Translations under genes and position numbers: made by a program
Part shown: piece after piece, positions 29,155 to 37,735 of the stretch
How positions within the stretch are numbered: position 1 is the first letter of the stretch
Layout: each line of letters opens with the position of its first letter
The notes under the pieces: model-generated
What the model was told of the DNA's origin: nothing
Databases searched by the model: none
What the model saw: only the letters and a program-made list of their open reading frames with translations
Assembly (NCBI RefSeq): GCF_021246445.1
Contig: NZ_JAJQXW010000003.1
Span: 62,001-126,000, forward strand
Origin: Rhabdothermincola salaria
GTDB lineage: Bacteria > Actinomycetota > Acidimicrobiia > Acidimicrobiales > Acidimicrobilacustridaceae
Length of the DNA stretch: 64,000 nucleotides
Direction: 5' to 3'

Positions 29155-30039
29155 TCACGCCTTGTAGAGCCGCCGGTGGACCTCGAGGGCCCGGGCTTCG
29201 AGGCCCTCGGGCGTGGGGCCCAACGGGGGTCGGCACTCCCCGGCCGGCAGGCCGAGCGCCCGCAACATGGCCTTGGTCGGCACCGGGTTGGGCGCGTCGT
29301 CGCCGGTCTCGTAGGCGTAGCTCTCGACCATACGGGCGTTCAGCTCGGTGGCCCGGGCGACATCGCCCTTGGCGTAGGCGGCGAACATGTCGGCCATGAC
29401 CGGGGCGCACCAGTGGGTGGCCACCCCGATGACCCCGACCGCACCGACCGCCAGCAGCGGCAGGGTGAGCGGGTCGTCGCCGCTGTAGACCTCGAAGCCG
29501 TCGGGCGCCTGGGCGATCAGACGGGCGGTCTCGCCGGGGTTCCCGGCGGCGTCCTTCACCCCGAGGATGTTGGGCACCTCACGGGCCAACCGCAACAGCA
29601 CCTCGGTGCTGACCTTGCGGCCGGTGCGCACCGGGATGTCGTAGATCACCATCGGGAGCTCGGTGCAGGAGGCCACGTGGCGGAAGTGGGCCTCGATACC
29701 GGCCTGCGACGGGCGGTTGTAGTACGGGGTGACCACGAGGACGCCGTCCATGCCCGCACCGGCTGCCCGGGCGGTGAGCTCACCTGCGTGGCGGGTGTCG
29801 TTGGTGCCGCTGCCCACCATGATGGGGACGTCGACGGCCTCGCGCACCGTGTGCCACAGGGCGACCTGCTCGGCATCGTCGAGGCACGACACCTCACCGG
29901 TGGTGCCGCTCACCACGAGCGCGTCGTTGCCCTGCTCGACCAGGTGGCGGGCCAGCACGGCGGCGCCGTCGTGGTCGACCGCACCGGTCTCGTCGAACGG
30001 TGTGATCATGGCGGTGATCACCGGACCGAAGCGTGGCAT
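29155..30039 (-). CDS. dapA: 4-hydroxy-tetrahydrodipicolinate synthase
   Basis: TAMITPF, GTTGE, VTPYYNRPSQ, YDIPVRTG, GVKDA, YSGDD. Confidence 0.95.
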   Translation of the reverse strand: MPRFGPVITAMITPFDETGAVDHDGAAVLARHLVEQGNDALVVSGTTGEVSCLDDAEQVALWHTVREAVDVPIMVGSGTNDTRHAGELTARAAGAGMDGVLVVTPYYNRPSQAGIEAHFRHVASCTELPMVIYDIPVRTGRKVSTEVLLRLAREVPNILGVKDAAGNPGETARLIAQAPDGFEVYSGDDPLTLPLLAVGAVGVIGVATHWCAPVMADMFAAYAKGDVARATELNARMVESYAYETGDDAPNPVPTKAMLRALGLPAGECRPPLGPTPEGLEARALEVHRRLYKA

Positions 30040-30113
30040 GGCGCCGAATGTACCAGTGCCACCGACGGCCCCGGAGCGGGTTCACACGATCGTGACCTGG
30101 GAGAACGACGCCG

Positions 30114-31229
30114 CTAGGCCGGGCGGACCTCGCTGGTGGCGAGGGCGAAGTCCTCGTACTCCTCGCCGGTGTCGACGAGGTTCTCGAACTCGATCACGCC
30201 GAGCTCGGTAAACTTGGTGCGCAGCCAACCGTCGCCGGCGTCGAGCAGGCCGAGCTTGCGACAGTTGGGCACGATCTTGGAGAACAGCATCTGCTGGAAC
30301 AGCAGCTGGTCGGGCCCGCGCATGGCCACCGAGACGGCCTCCTTGACGTCGACGCCCATGCGCTCCCAGACCTCTTGTTGCAAGAAGCGGTCGCGCATGC
30401 GCACGGCGGCCTCGTACGCGAACTCCTGGCGCTCACGGATCTCGGCGGCGTCGAGCTCGGCGTAGTACTCCTTGAGCGACAGCACCCCGAAGGCCACGTG
30501 CCGGGCCTCGTCGCTCATGACGTAGCGCAGCAGCTGCTTGAGCAGCGGTTCGGTGGTCATCTGGTGCATGAAGCCGAACGCGGCGAGGGCCAGGCCCTCC
30601 ACCATGATCTGCATCCCCAGGTACGTCATGTCCCATCGGGGGTCGGCGACGATGTCGTCGAGCAGGAGCCGCAGGTGGGCGTTGACCGGGTAGCTGCCCG
30701 AGAGCTTCTCGTTCAGGTACTTGGCGAACACCTCGACGTGGCGGGCCTCGTCCATGACCTGGGTGGCGGCGTAGTACTTGGCGTCGATCCAGGGCACCGT
30801 CTCGACGATCTTGGCGGTGCAGATCAGCGCGCCCTGCTCGCCGTGCATGAACTGGCTCAGGATCCAGTTCTGGGACTGGATGCCGAGCTCGGTCCACTCC
30901 TTGTCGCCCCACGACTCGAAGAAGGTCCCGGAGACGTCGAGGTTGGCGCCCCGGTTGTTGGCCGCGGCGTTGGCCACGACGACGGCCTCCTGGTCGACGT
31001 CGAGCTCCCAGGGCAGGTCGGTCTCACCGTTCCACTGCGAGCTCTTGGCCTTCTCGTAGAGCTTCTCCAGCGCCGGCCGGGCGCCCTTCTCGTAGTCCCA
31101 GGTGAAGATGGACTCGGCGTTGTTGGCCACGGTGTGCGCCACCGCGTCGACGTCATCGTTGGTGATGCCGAGGATGGCGTCGAGGTCGTCGACCTCGGTC
31201 CGGCCGATGAGGCGTTCGGTGCTGGTCAT
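30114..31229 (-). CDS. Ferritin-like diiron-carboxylate protein of unknown substrate
   Basis: HGEQGAL, DEARHVE, MVEGLAL, DEARHVAFG (two ExxH motifs); SD AGGAG. Confidence 0.85.
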   Translation of the reverse strand: MTSTERLIGRTEVDDLDAILGITNDDVDAVAHTVANNAESIFTWDYEKGARPALEKLYEKAKSSQWNGETDLPWELDVDQEAVVVANAAANNRGANLDVSGTFFESWGDKEWTELGIQSQNWILSQFMHGEQGALICTAKIVETVPWIDAKYYAATQVMDEARHVEVFAKYLNEKLSGSYPVNAHLRLLLDDIVADPRWDMTYLGMQIMVEGLALAAFGFMHQMTTEPLLKQLLRYVMSDEARHVAFGVLSLKEYYAELDAAEIRERQEFAYEAAVRMRDRFLQQEVWERMGVDVKEAVSVAMRGPDQLLFQQMLFSKIVPNCRKLGLLDAGDGWLRTKFTELGVIEFENLVDTGEEYEDFALATSEVRPA

Positions 31230-31299
31230 GGGGATCTCCTGGCGAGCGGACTCGAGCGGGTCACGGCGGTGAGAGCGAAGCGGACGGCGTAGGGAGGGC

Positions 31300-31926
31300 T
31301 CATGCGAGGGCTCCGGCGCGGACGCCGGGCACGAGGTACGCGTCGACGAGGTGGCGCACGCACGCCGGGTCGGTGAGGTCGAACCGGGTGCTGGGTTGGT
31401 GGAGGTGGCCGAGCACGATGCGCGCCGCCCACTCCCCCACGGCCTCGGCGTCGTCGGGGCCCACGAAGCGGGCGAGGTGGTCACGGCCCCATGCCGCCAC
31501 CCGGGCGTAGAGAGGGGCGGCGCCGTCGAAGGAGATGTAGGGCAGGACGGATCCGGGGTCCTCGACGAGGGAACGCTGCAGCACCGGGTGCACCGCCAAG
31601 GCGGAGGCGGCGGCGTGCACGGCCTCGGCCACCGCGGTGGGCAGGTCGGCCGCGGCGTCGACGGTGTCGGCGAGGCCCTCGAGCAGCGCTTCCACCTCGG
31701 CGTGGACCATGGCCAGCAGCAGCCCGCGTCGTCCGCCGGGGAACAGCCGGTAGATGCTGGCCCGCCCGCAGCCCGCCGCCACCGCGATGTCGTCGACAGT
31801 GGTGTCGCGCAGGCCCTTGGCCCCGATGCAGTCGCGGGCGGCGAGCAGGACCCGCTCCTCGAGGGTCGTGCCGAAGACGTCGACGGTGGGGGCGACCGGG
31901 TTCGGAGCAGGCGCTGTGACATCCAT
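31300..31926 (-). CDS. TetR/AcrR family regulator (A)
   Basis: GLRDTTVDDIAVAAGCGRASIYRLFPGG HTH. Confidence 0.9.
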   Translation of the reverse strand: MDVTAPAPNPVAPTVDVFGTTLEERVLLAARDCIGAKGLRDTTVDDIAVAAGCGRASIYRLFPGGRRGLLLAMVHAEVEALLEGLADTVDAAADLPTAVAEAVHAAASALAVHPVLQRSLVEDPGSVLPYISFDGAAPLYARVAAWGRDHLARFVGPDDAEAVGEWAARIVLGHLHQPSTRFDLTDPACVRHLVDAYLVPGVRAGALA

Positions 31927-31932
31927 CGCACG

Positions 31933-31989
31933 TGAGACACTATGCCCATCGATGTCTCAGAGCAAGACATCGCTGCCCGATCTGTCTCA
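31933..31989. promoter_or_regulatory. Two tandem palindromic operators, TGAGACA-N13-TGTCTCA
   Basis: TGAGACA(31933)-N13-TGTCTCA(31953) and CAAGACA(31963)-N13-TGTCTCA(31983); 30-bp period; first site overlaps a minus-strand TAGTGT -10 element. Confidence 0.78.
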
Positions 31990-32073
31990 GGGGTCGGCCG
32001 GAGCCGACCTGCGCCCGGGGCGCGGGACCCCGCGAGCCCGGACCCCCGGAGCCCGGTGGACAGGAGAGGACGA

Positions 32074-32697
32074 CTACGCCGGGACGGCTCGCACGCCGGC
32101 GAGGAACTGCGACTCGACCAGGCGACCCACCGCGGCCGGGTCGTCGAGGTCCCAGCGTCCGGGGCTGCCGAGGTAGGAGAGGTAGAGGCGGGCCAGGTGC
32201 TCGGCCGCCTCGGGGACGTCGCAGTCGGCACGCACGACCCCGTCGCGGCGGGCTCGGTCGAGGAGCGCACCGAGGTAGTCGACGATGGCACCCAGCACCA
32301 ACGAGGTGGCCACGGACAGCTCGGAGAGCACCGCTTCGGGTTCGGTGCGCAGCAGCCGCTGCAGGAGCGCGTGCTGGTCGAGCGCCCGGTGCCCCACGAC
32401 CAGACCGGTGGAGAGCTTCGATGCCAGGTCGGGCTCGTCGGCCACCGCCGACTCGATCCGGGCGAAGAACCGGGCGACCTCCCAGGTCACCGTCTCGGTG
32501 ATCAGCTGCTGGCGGCCCCCCGGGAAGACCCGATACAGCGTGGCGCGTGACGACCCGGCGGCGCGGGCCACGTCCTCGACGGACGTGGCGTCGAGGCCGG
32601 CCACATCGACACAGTCGACGGCGGCCCGGTAGAAGCGGATCCGCCGTTCGTCGGGCCGGTCCCTCCCGGACCCGTCCGCCGGGGTCGTCGGGGCCAT
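32074..32697 (-). CDS. TetR/AcrR family regulator (B)
   Basis: GLDATSVEDVARAAGSSRATLYRVFPGG HTH; start overlaps the SURF1 stop (TGATG). Confidence 0.9.
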   Translation of the reverse strand: MAPTTPADGSGRDRPDERRIRFYRAAVDCVDVAGLDATSVEDVARAAGSSRATLYRVFPGGRQQLITETVTWEVARFFARIESAVADEPDLASKLSTGLVVGHRALDQHALLQRLLRTEPEAVLSELSVATSLVLGAIVDYLGALLDRARRDGVVRADCDVPEAAEHLARLYLSYLGSPGRWDLDDPAAVGRLVESQFLAGVRAVPA

Positions 32698-33644
32698 CAG
32701 CCGGCCGGGCCTGCCCGACGGGCACCGGCAGCCGTCGGAGCCGCGCCGGCGACGGGCCTGGCGTGGTCGACTGCAGCGGCCACCGGGCTGGCGCCCGGGG
32801 TCGGGTCGCCCCCTGGACCATGGCCACCCGGTCCCCCGTCGTCTCCGGGATCGGTGTCGTCCTCCGAGCGGCGAGCCGCGGCCCGGTTGCGCGCCACCCG
32901 TCGCAGCAGCAACGGGTACACCACGACCGTGAGCGCGGCGAAGATGAACCACTGCCCGGCGTACCCGAGGTGCGGTCCTTCGTCGAGCTGCGGAGCGGGC
33001 ACCGGCACCGGCACCGACTCGGGCTGGGGCGGCTCCTGGGCCCGCAGGTCCAGGTAGAGGGGCAGCAGGGCCACGTCGACCTGCTGGTCGAGACGGGCCA
33101 CGTCGACCCTCGACAGGGTGCGCAGCACCCCCTCGGCGGGGTCCTCGGGGCTCGACACGATGCCCCCGGTGTCGCGCACCTGGGGTGGGCGCACGAGGCC
33201 GGTGACGGTGACGGGCCCGGCCGGTGGGGCGAAGCGGTCCCAGGGGCCGTCGGGCTGGACGTCGAAGGGGACCCAGCCCCGGTTGACCACCACGGCCGTG
33301 CCGTCGGCCTGCACCAGGGGCGTCAACACCCAGTACCCGGGTGCTCCCTCGTAGGTGCGGTTCCGCACCAGCACCTGACCGTCGACGAGGTAGGTGCCGG
33401 TGACGGTCGCCGTGCGGTACTGCACGGCATCCACGTCGTCGGCCGACGCCGACGTCCCCTCGGGGACCAGCTCGGTGACCGGCGCCGGGCGCTCCTCCTG
33501 AGCGGCCACGACCAGGCGGTTGGCAGCGCGCCGTTCGTCGAGGCGGTCGAGCTGCCAGATGCCGGCGGCCACCATGGCGACCACGCAGGCGGCGACGAAG
33601 AGGTGCGACAGGATCCAGCGGGGGGACACCAGGAACCGGTACAC
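32697..33644 (-). CDS. SURF1 family protein
   Basis: MYRFLVSPRW, GIWQLDRLDERR, GYWVLTPL, VNRGWVP, GPHLGYAGQWFIFA. Confidence 0.9.
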   Translation of the reverse strand: MYRFLVSPRWILSHLFVAACVVAMVAAGIWQLDRLDERRAANRLVVAAQEERPAPVTELVPEGTSASADDVDAVQYRTATVTGTYLVDGQVLVRNRTYEGAPGYWVLTPLVQADGTAVVVNRGWVPFDVQPDGPWDRFAPPAGPVTVTGLVRPPQVRDTGGIVSSPEDPAEGVLRTLSRVDVARLDQQVDVALLPLYLDLRAQEPPQPESVPVPVPAPQLDEGPHLGYAGQWFIFAALTVVVYPLLLRRVARNRAAARRSEDDTDPGDDGGPGGHGPGGDPTPGASPVAAAVDHARPVAGAAPTAAGARRAGPAG

Positions 33645-33706
33645 ACCGCCAGGCTATGGCTCACGGTACGGGCTCCACGAACCCGGACCCCGGGGCCCGA
33701 CCCGAA

Positions 33707-35335
33707 TCAGCTGGTGGGCAGCTCGTGGTCGGCGAAGCGGTCACGCAGGTCGCGCTTGGAGAACTTGCCCACCGAGGTCTTGGGGACCTCGTCGATGAAG
33801 ACCACGTCGTCGGGCAGCCACCACTTGGCCACCTTGCCGTCGAGGAAGCCGAGCAGCTCGTCCTTGGTGACGCTCTCGTCCGGCTTCACCACCACGCAGG
33901 CCAGCGGACGCTCGCCCCACTTGGGATGACGGACCCCGATGACGGCTGCTTCGGCCACCGACGGGTGACCCATGATCTCGTTCTCGAGCTCGACCGACGA
34001 GATCCACTCGCCGCCCGACTTCACCACGTCCTTGGTGCGGTCGACGATGCGCAGGTACCCCTCGGTGTCGCAGGTGACCACGTCGCCGGTCCGGAGCCAC
34101 CCGTCGTCGGTGAAGGAGTCCCCGGAGCGATCGTCGTCGTAGTACTCGCGGGCGATCCAGGGCCCGGCCACCTGCAGCTCGCCCCGGCTGACGCCGTCCC
34201 ACGGCACGGCCTCGCCGGTGGCCTGGTCGACCACCCGGAAGTCGACACCCGGGGCGATCAGCCCGATGCTGGCTCGCAGGTCGGCCTTGGCGTCCTCGGT
34301 GAGGTGGTCGAGGGTCGACTTGATGCGACAGATCGAGGCCACCGGACTCGTCTCGGTCATGCCCCACGCCTGGAGGATGGGCATCCCCAGCTTGGCCCGG
34401 TAGGCCTCGGAGAGGACCTTGGGCACGGCCGAGCCGCCGCACGGGATGGCCCGCAGGCTGGAGACGTCGTGGCCGTCGACGGCATCGAGCACCCCCATCC
34501 AGATGGTGGGCACCCCGGCGGCCACCGTGACGCGCTGGGTCTCGATGAGGCGGACCAGCGCAGCCGGCGAGAGGTCCGGGCCCGGCATCACCAGGTCGGC
34601 GCCGCTGGCCACGCCGGCATGGGCCAGCCCCCATGCGTTGGCGTGGAACATGGGCACCACGGGCATGATCGTGTCGCGCTCGCAGGCCCCCAGGCTGTCG
34701 GCCATCATCACACCCGCGGTGTGCAGCCACGTCGAGCGGTGGCTGTAGACGACGCCCTTGGGGTTGCCCGTCGTGCCGCTCGTGTAGCACATCGACGCGG
34801 CCTGGTTCTCGTCGTCGACGTGGAACTCCGCCGGGCTGGCGGCGCCGAGCAGGTCCTCGTAGTCGTGGAGGCTCACGCCCTTGGTGTCGGCCGGGAGCTC
34901 GCCCACGCCGTCGTCCATGACCACGAGGTGGCGCACGGTGGTGAAGGTGTCGACGAGCGGCCACAAGAGCCCCAGGAGGGACCGGTCGACGAAGATGACC
35001 TCGTCCTCGGCGTGGTTCACGATGTAGGTGACCTGCTCGGGGAAGAGGCGGATGTTGAGGGTGTGCACCACCCGTCCGCTGCAGGGCACCCCGAAGTAGA
35101 GCTCGAGGTGGCGCGCCGTGTTCCAGGCGAACGTGCCCACTCGGCCGTCGGCGCTGATCCCGAGGTCGTCGAGGACCCCACCGAGACGGCGGGTGCGCTC
35201 GGCCCACTGCCCGTACGACACCCGGTCGATGCCGGTGGCGGTGGCGGTGACCACCTCCTTGTCGCGAAAGAGCTTCTCGGCGCGATCGAAGAAGTGGGTG
35301 AGCACGAGCGGTCGGTCCTGCATCAAGCCCAACAT
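33707..35335 (-). CDS. Long/medium-chain fatty acid--CoA ligase
   Basis: YTSGTTGNPKG, VPMFHANAWG, AWGMTETSP, WLRTGD, DRTKDVVKSGGEWISS, PKTSVGKF. Confidence 0.93.
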   Translation of the reverse strand: MLGLMQDRPLVLTHFFDRAEKLFRDKEVVTATATGIDRVSYGQWAERTRRLGGVLDDLGISADGRVGTFAWNTARHLELYFGVPCSGRVVHTLNIRLFPEQVTYIVNHAEDEVIFVDRSLLGLLWPLVDTFTTVRHLVVMDDGVGELPADTKGVSLHDYEDLLGAASPAEFHVDDENQAASMCYTSGTTGNPKGVVYSHRSTWLHTAGVMMADSLGACERDTIMPVVPMFHANAWGLAHAGVASGADLVMPGPDLSPAALVRLIETQRVTVAAGVPTIWMGVLDAVDGHDVSSLRAIPCGGSAVPKVLSEAYRAKLGMPILQAWGMTETSPVASICRIKSTLDHLTEDAKADLRASIGLIAPGVDFRVVDQATGEAVPWDGVSRGELQVAGPWIAREYYDDDRSGDSFTDDGWLRTGDVVTCDTEGYLRIVDRTKDVVKSGGEWISSVELENEIMGHPSVAEAAVIGVRHPKWGERPLACVVVKPDESVTKDELLGFLDGKVAKWWLPDDVVFIDEVPKTSVGKFSKRDLRDRFADHELPTS

Positions 35336-35410
35336 GGCGACCCTCCGTTCCGGAACCGCGCGTCTCGGACCGCGGTTCGATGAGTCGAGCGTACGTGAAA
35401 GGATCTCGGC

Positions 35411-36274
35411 CTGGCCGAGAAGTCCGCTCCTCCCTCCGAGGCCCCCCTGCGACGGGGGCGCCTGGCGTTGCTGCTCGGCCCCGTCGCGGTCATGGTCGTG
35501 ATGACCCAGCTGGCGGATGCCTTCTGGCCCAGCCTCGTCGATCGGGCGCCGGAGCTGTTGATCGCCCTCAGCGCCCGCAACCGCTACCTGGTGCTGGTGG
35601 CCGGGCGCATCGACGAGTGGGCCTACTTCCTCATAGGCACGATCCGGCTCATGGCCCCGGATCCGTTCCTCTTCGCCCTGGGGTGGTTCTACGGCCCGGC
35701 CGCGCTGCGCTGGATGGAGACGCGCACCCCCACCGTCGGTTCCATCATGCGCACGGTGGAGAAGCTGTTCGTGCGCTTCGGTCATCCCCTCGTGGTGATC
35801 ATCCCCAACAACTACGTGTGCATCATCGCCGGAGCCGCAGGCATGTCGCCGTGGCTGTTCGGGTTCTTGAACCTCACCGGCACGGTGGGCCGGCTGGTGG
35901 TCATCCGCATCGTCGGCGACGTCTTCTCGGGACCCATCGACACGGTGCTGGGCTGGATCGGCGACTACCGCATCCCGCTGCTCGTCATCTCGATCACCAT
36001 CGTGGCGATCGGCGCGGCCGCCGAGGCCCGCCGGGGCCGCAGGGAGCTCGCCGCCCTGCACCTGCTCGAGGCCCAAGGACCCGGCGCCGAGCCCGAGGAC
36101 GAGCCGTCCGCCGCCGACGCCGAGCCCCCTCCGCCGGGCTCGACGGTCGACCCCGAGGCGATGGGCGACCTCGACGCCGGCCACGACTCGCTGGGTGCCA
36201 CCGGCTCCGGGACCCCGGGCGACGACGGGCCGGGGACCCCGGGCGACGTCGATGCCGGCCCCGAACGCCCTTGA
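35411..36274 (+). CDS. DedA/SNARE-associated-like membrane protein with acidic C-terminal tail
   Basis: Multiple TM segments, FALGWFYG, IIAGAAGMS; ORF-track start is TTG 35468, possible CTG start at 35411. Confidence 0.7.
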   Translation: MAEKSAPPSEAPLRRGRLALLLGPVAVMVVMTQLADAFWPSLVDRAPELLIALSARNRYLVLVAGRIDEWAYFLIGTIRLMAPDPFLFALGWFYGPAALRWMETRTPTVGSIMRTVEKLFVRFGHPLVVIIPNNYVCIIAGAAGMSPWLFGFLNLTGTVGRLVVIRIVGDVFSGPIDTVLGWIGDYRIPLLVISITIVAIGAAAEARRGRRELAALHLLEAQGPGAEPEDEPSAADAEPPPPGSTVDPEAMGDLDAGHDSLGATGSGTPGDDGPGTPGDVDAGPERP

Positions 36275-36277
36275 GGG

Positions 36278-36949
36278 TCAGACGTACTCGGGCCTGACGT
36301 CGGTCCAGAACCCGAACGCGGCGATGCCGACGAGCAGCAGGCCCGACGCCACGGTGATGGCGCGATGACGGCGGGTCAGGAAGCGGGTGATCTGGTGCTG
36401 CGCGGGCGCGGCCAGCAACGGCAACAGCACGAGAGGCCAACCGAACCCGAGGGCGAACCACAGGAAGTAGAGGAGGGAGTCGACCAGCGCGCCGCTCCCG
36501 CTGACGCTGCCGACGACGAAGGCCGACACGATGAGAGGCCCCGTGCACGGAAGGGTGAGCGGAGCGAGCAGCATCCCGTACACGTAGGCGGTGGCCGCCG
36601 GGCTCCGCAGGATCGGCACCTGGGTCCCGGACAGGCGGGCGAACGGGTTGCGGCCCACCAGCATGGCGATGCCGAGGACGAGCACCAGGCCGTACATGAC
36701 CGGGAGCAACCAGCCGAGGACGTCGGCCACGCTGCGTTGGATCTGGTGGAAGAGGAAGCCCAACGCCACCATCACCGTGACGATCCCGGCCAGCACCAGC
36801 AGGCCCATCCACTTCACCGTGCGGGCGGCCCTCGGGTCCCGGCGCTGGTTGGCCAACAGCACGAAGAGCCCCGGGTACAGCGGGAGCATGCAGACGTTGC
36901 CGAGGATGGCGGCGTTGCCGAGGGAGAACGCCTCGAGGAACTGGTCCAT
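36278..36949 (-). CDS. ccdA: CcdA/DsbD transmembrane electron transporter
   Basis: About 6 TM segments with two membrane Cys (GNVCMLPLYP and TLPCTGP), FALGFGWPL. Confidence 0.82.
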   Translation of the reverse strand: MDQFLEAFSLGNAAILGNVCMLPLYPGLFVLLANQRRDPRAARTVKWMGLLVLAGIVTVMVALGFLFHQIQRSVADVLGWLLPVMYGLVLVLGIAMLVGRNPFARLSGTQVPILRSPAATAYVYGMLLAPLTLPCTGPLIVSAFVVGSVSGSGALVDSLLYFLWFALGFGWPLVLLPLLAAPAQHQITRFLTRRHRAITVASGLLLVGIAAFGFWTDVRPEYV

Positions 36950-36970
36950 CGGGTCGTCGAGGGCGGTCGC

Positions 36971-37642
36971 TCAGACGGCCGAGCGCAGGGCGTCGACGAT
37001 GTCGGCCTCGCCGATGCTCCCGGTGCTCATCTCGCCGGCGGCGCCCGACGGGCCGATCACCACGTGCGGGGTGCTCGGCGGGTTGACGGCGCTGTTGCCG
37101 AAGGCCTCGACGAACGCCGCCAGCAGCTCAGGGGTCATGACGGCGAAACGCATGTCGGTGAACCCGTTGTCCTCGGCGTAGTCGGCCACCTCCGCGGGCG
37201 ACAGCGACGTCTCCACGCTGAGCACCACGAACACCGCTTCGTCACCCAGGGAGGCAGCCGCCGCCTGCGTGGTGCCCAGCTGCGACCGGCAGGTCGAGCA
37301 CCAGGTGGCGAAGTTCTCGACGAACACCGGGGTGCCGGCGAAGTCGCCCAGGGTGAACGTCGCACCGTCGACGTCGGTGATCTCGATGGTCTGCCACGGC
37401 TCCAGCTCGGCCATCGGGGTGCCCGCCGTGGTCGGCGACGTGGGGTCGGCCCCGGTCGCCCCCGCCGCGGTGGTCGTGCTCGGCGCCGCGGTGGTGTCGG
37501 ACGCCGGGGTGTCGGACCCGGCGTCGTCGGTCGACCCGCCGCACGCCGCCCCCACCAGGACGACCACCACGGCCACCGCGGCGACCAGCGCGCCTCGGTC
37601 GGTGCGACGGTTCGAGCGGTTCGCGGAACGCTGGTCGGTCAT
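36971..37642 (-). CDS. TlpA/ResA-like thioredoxin lipoprotein
   Basis: Lipobox GAAC, Thr/Ala linker, FATWCSTC active site. Confidence 0.85.
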   Translation of the reverse strand: MTDQRSANRSNRRTDRGALVAAVAVVVVLVGAACGGSTDDAGSDTPASDTTAAPSTTTAAGATGADPTSPTTAGTPMAELEPWQTIEITDVDGATFTLGDFAGTPVFVENFATWCSTCRSQLGTTQAAAASLGDEAVFVVLSVETSLSPAEVADYAEDNGFTDMRFAVMTPELLAAFVEAFGNSAVNPPSTPHVVIGPSGAAGEMSTGSIGEADIVDALRSAV

Positions 37643-37735
37643 GGACCCCAGGAGACCACACGCGCGGCCCGCGGCGACCGGCGGGCGGGCAGAGTTTCGC
37701 GAAAGTTTCGTGGATGACGGCCCGCGAGGGCTGAC

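Noticed and set aside
30085..30094. Palindrome CACGATCGTG upstream of dapA
   Set aside because: Single 10-bp palindrome with no second copy or known motif match
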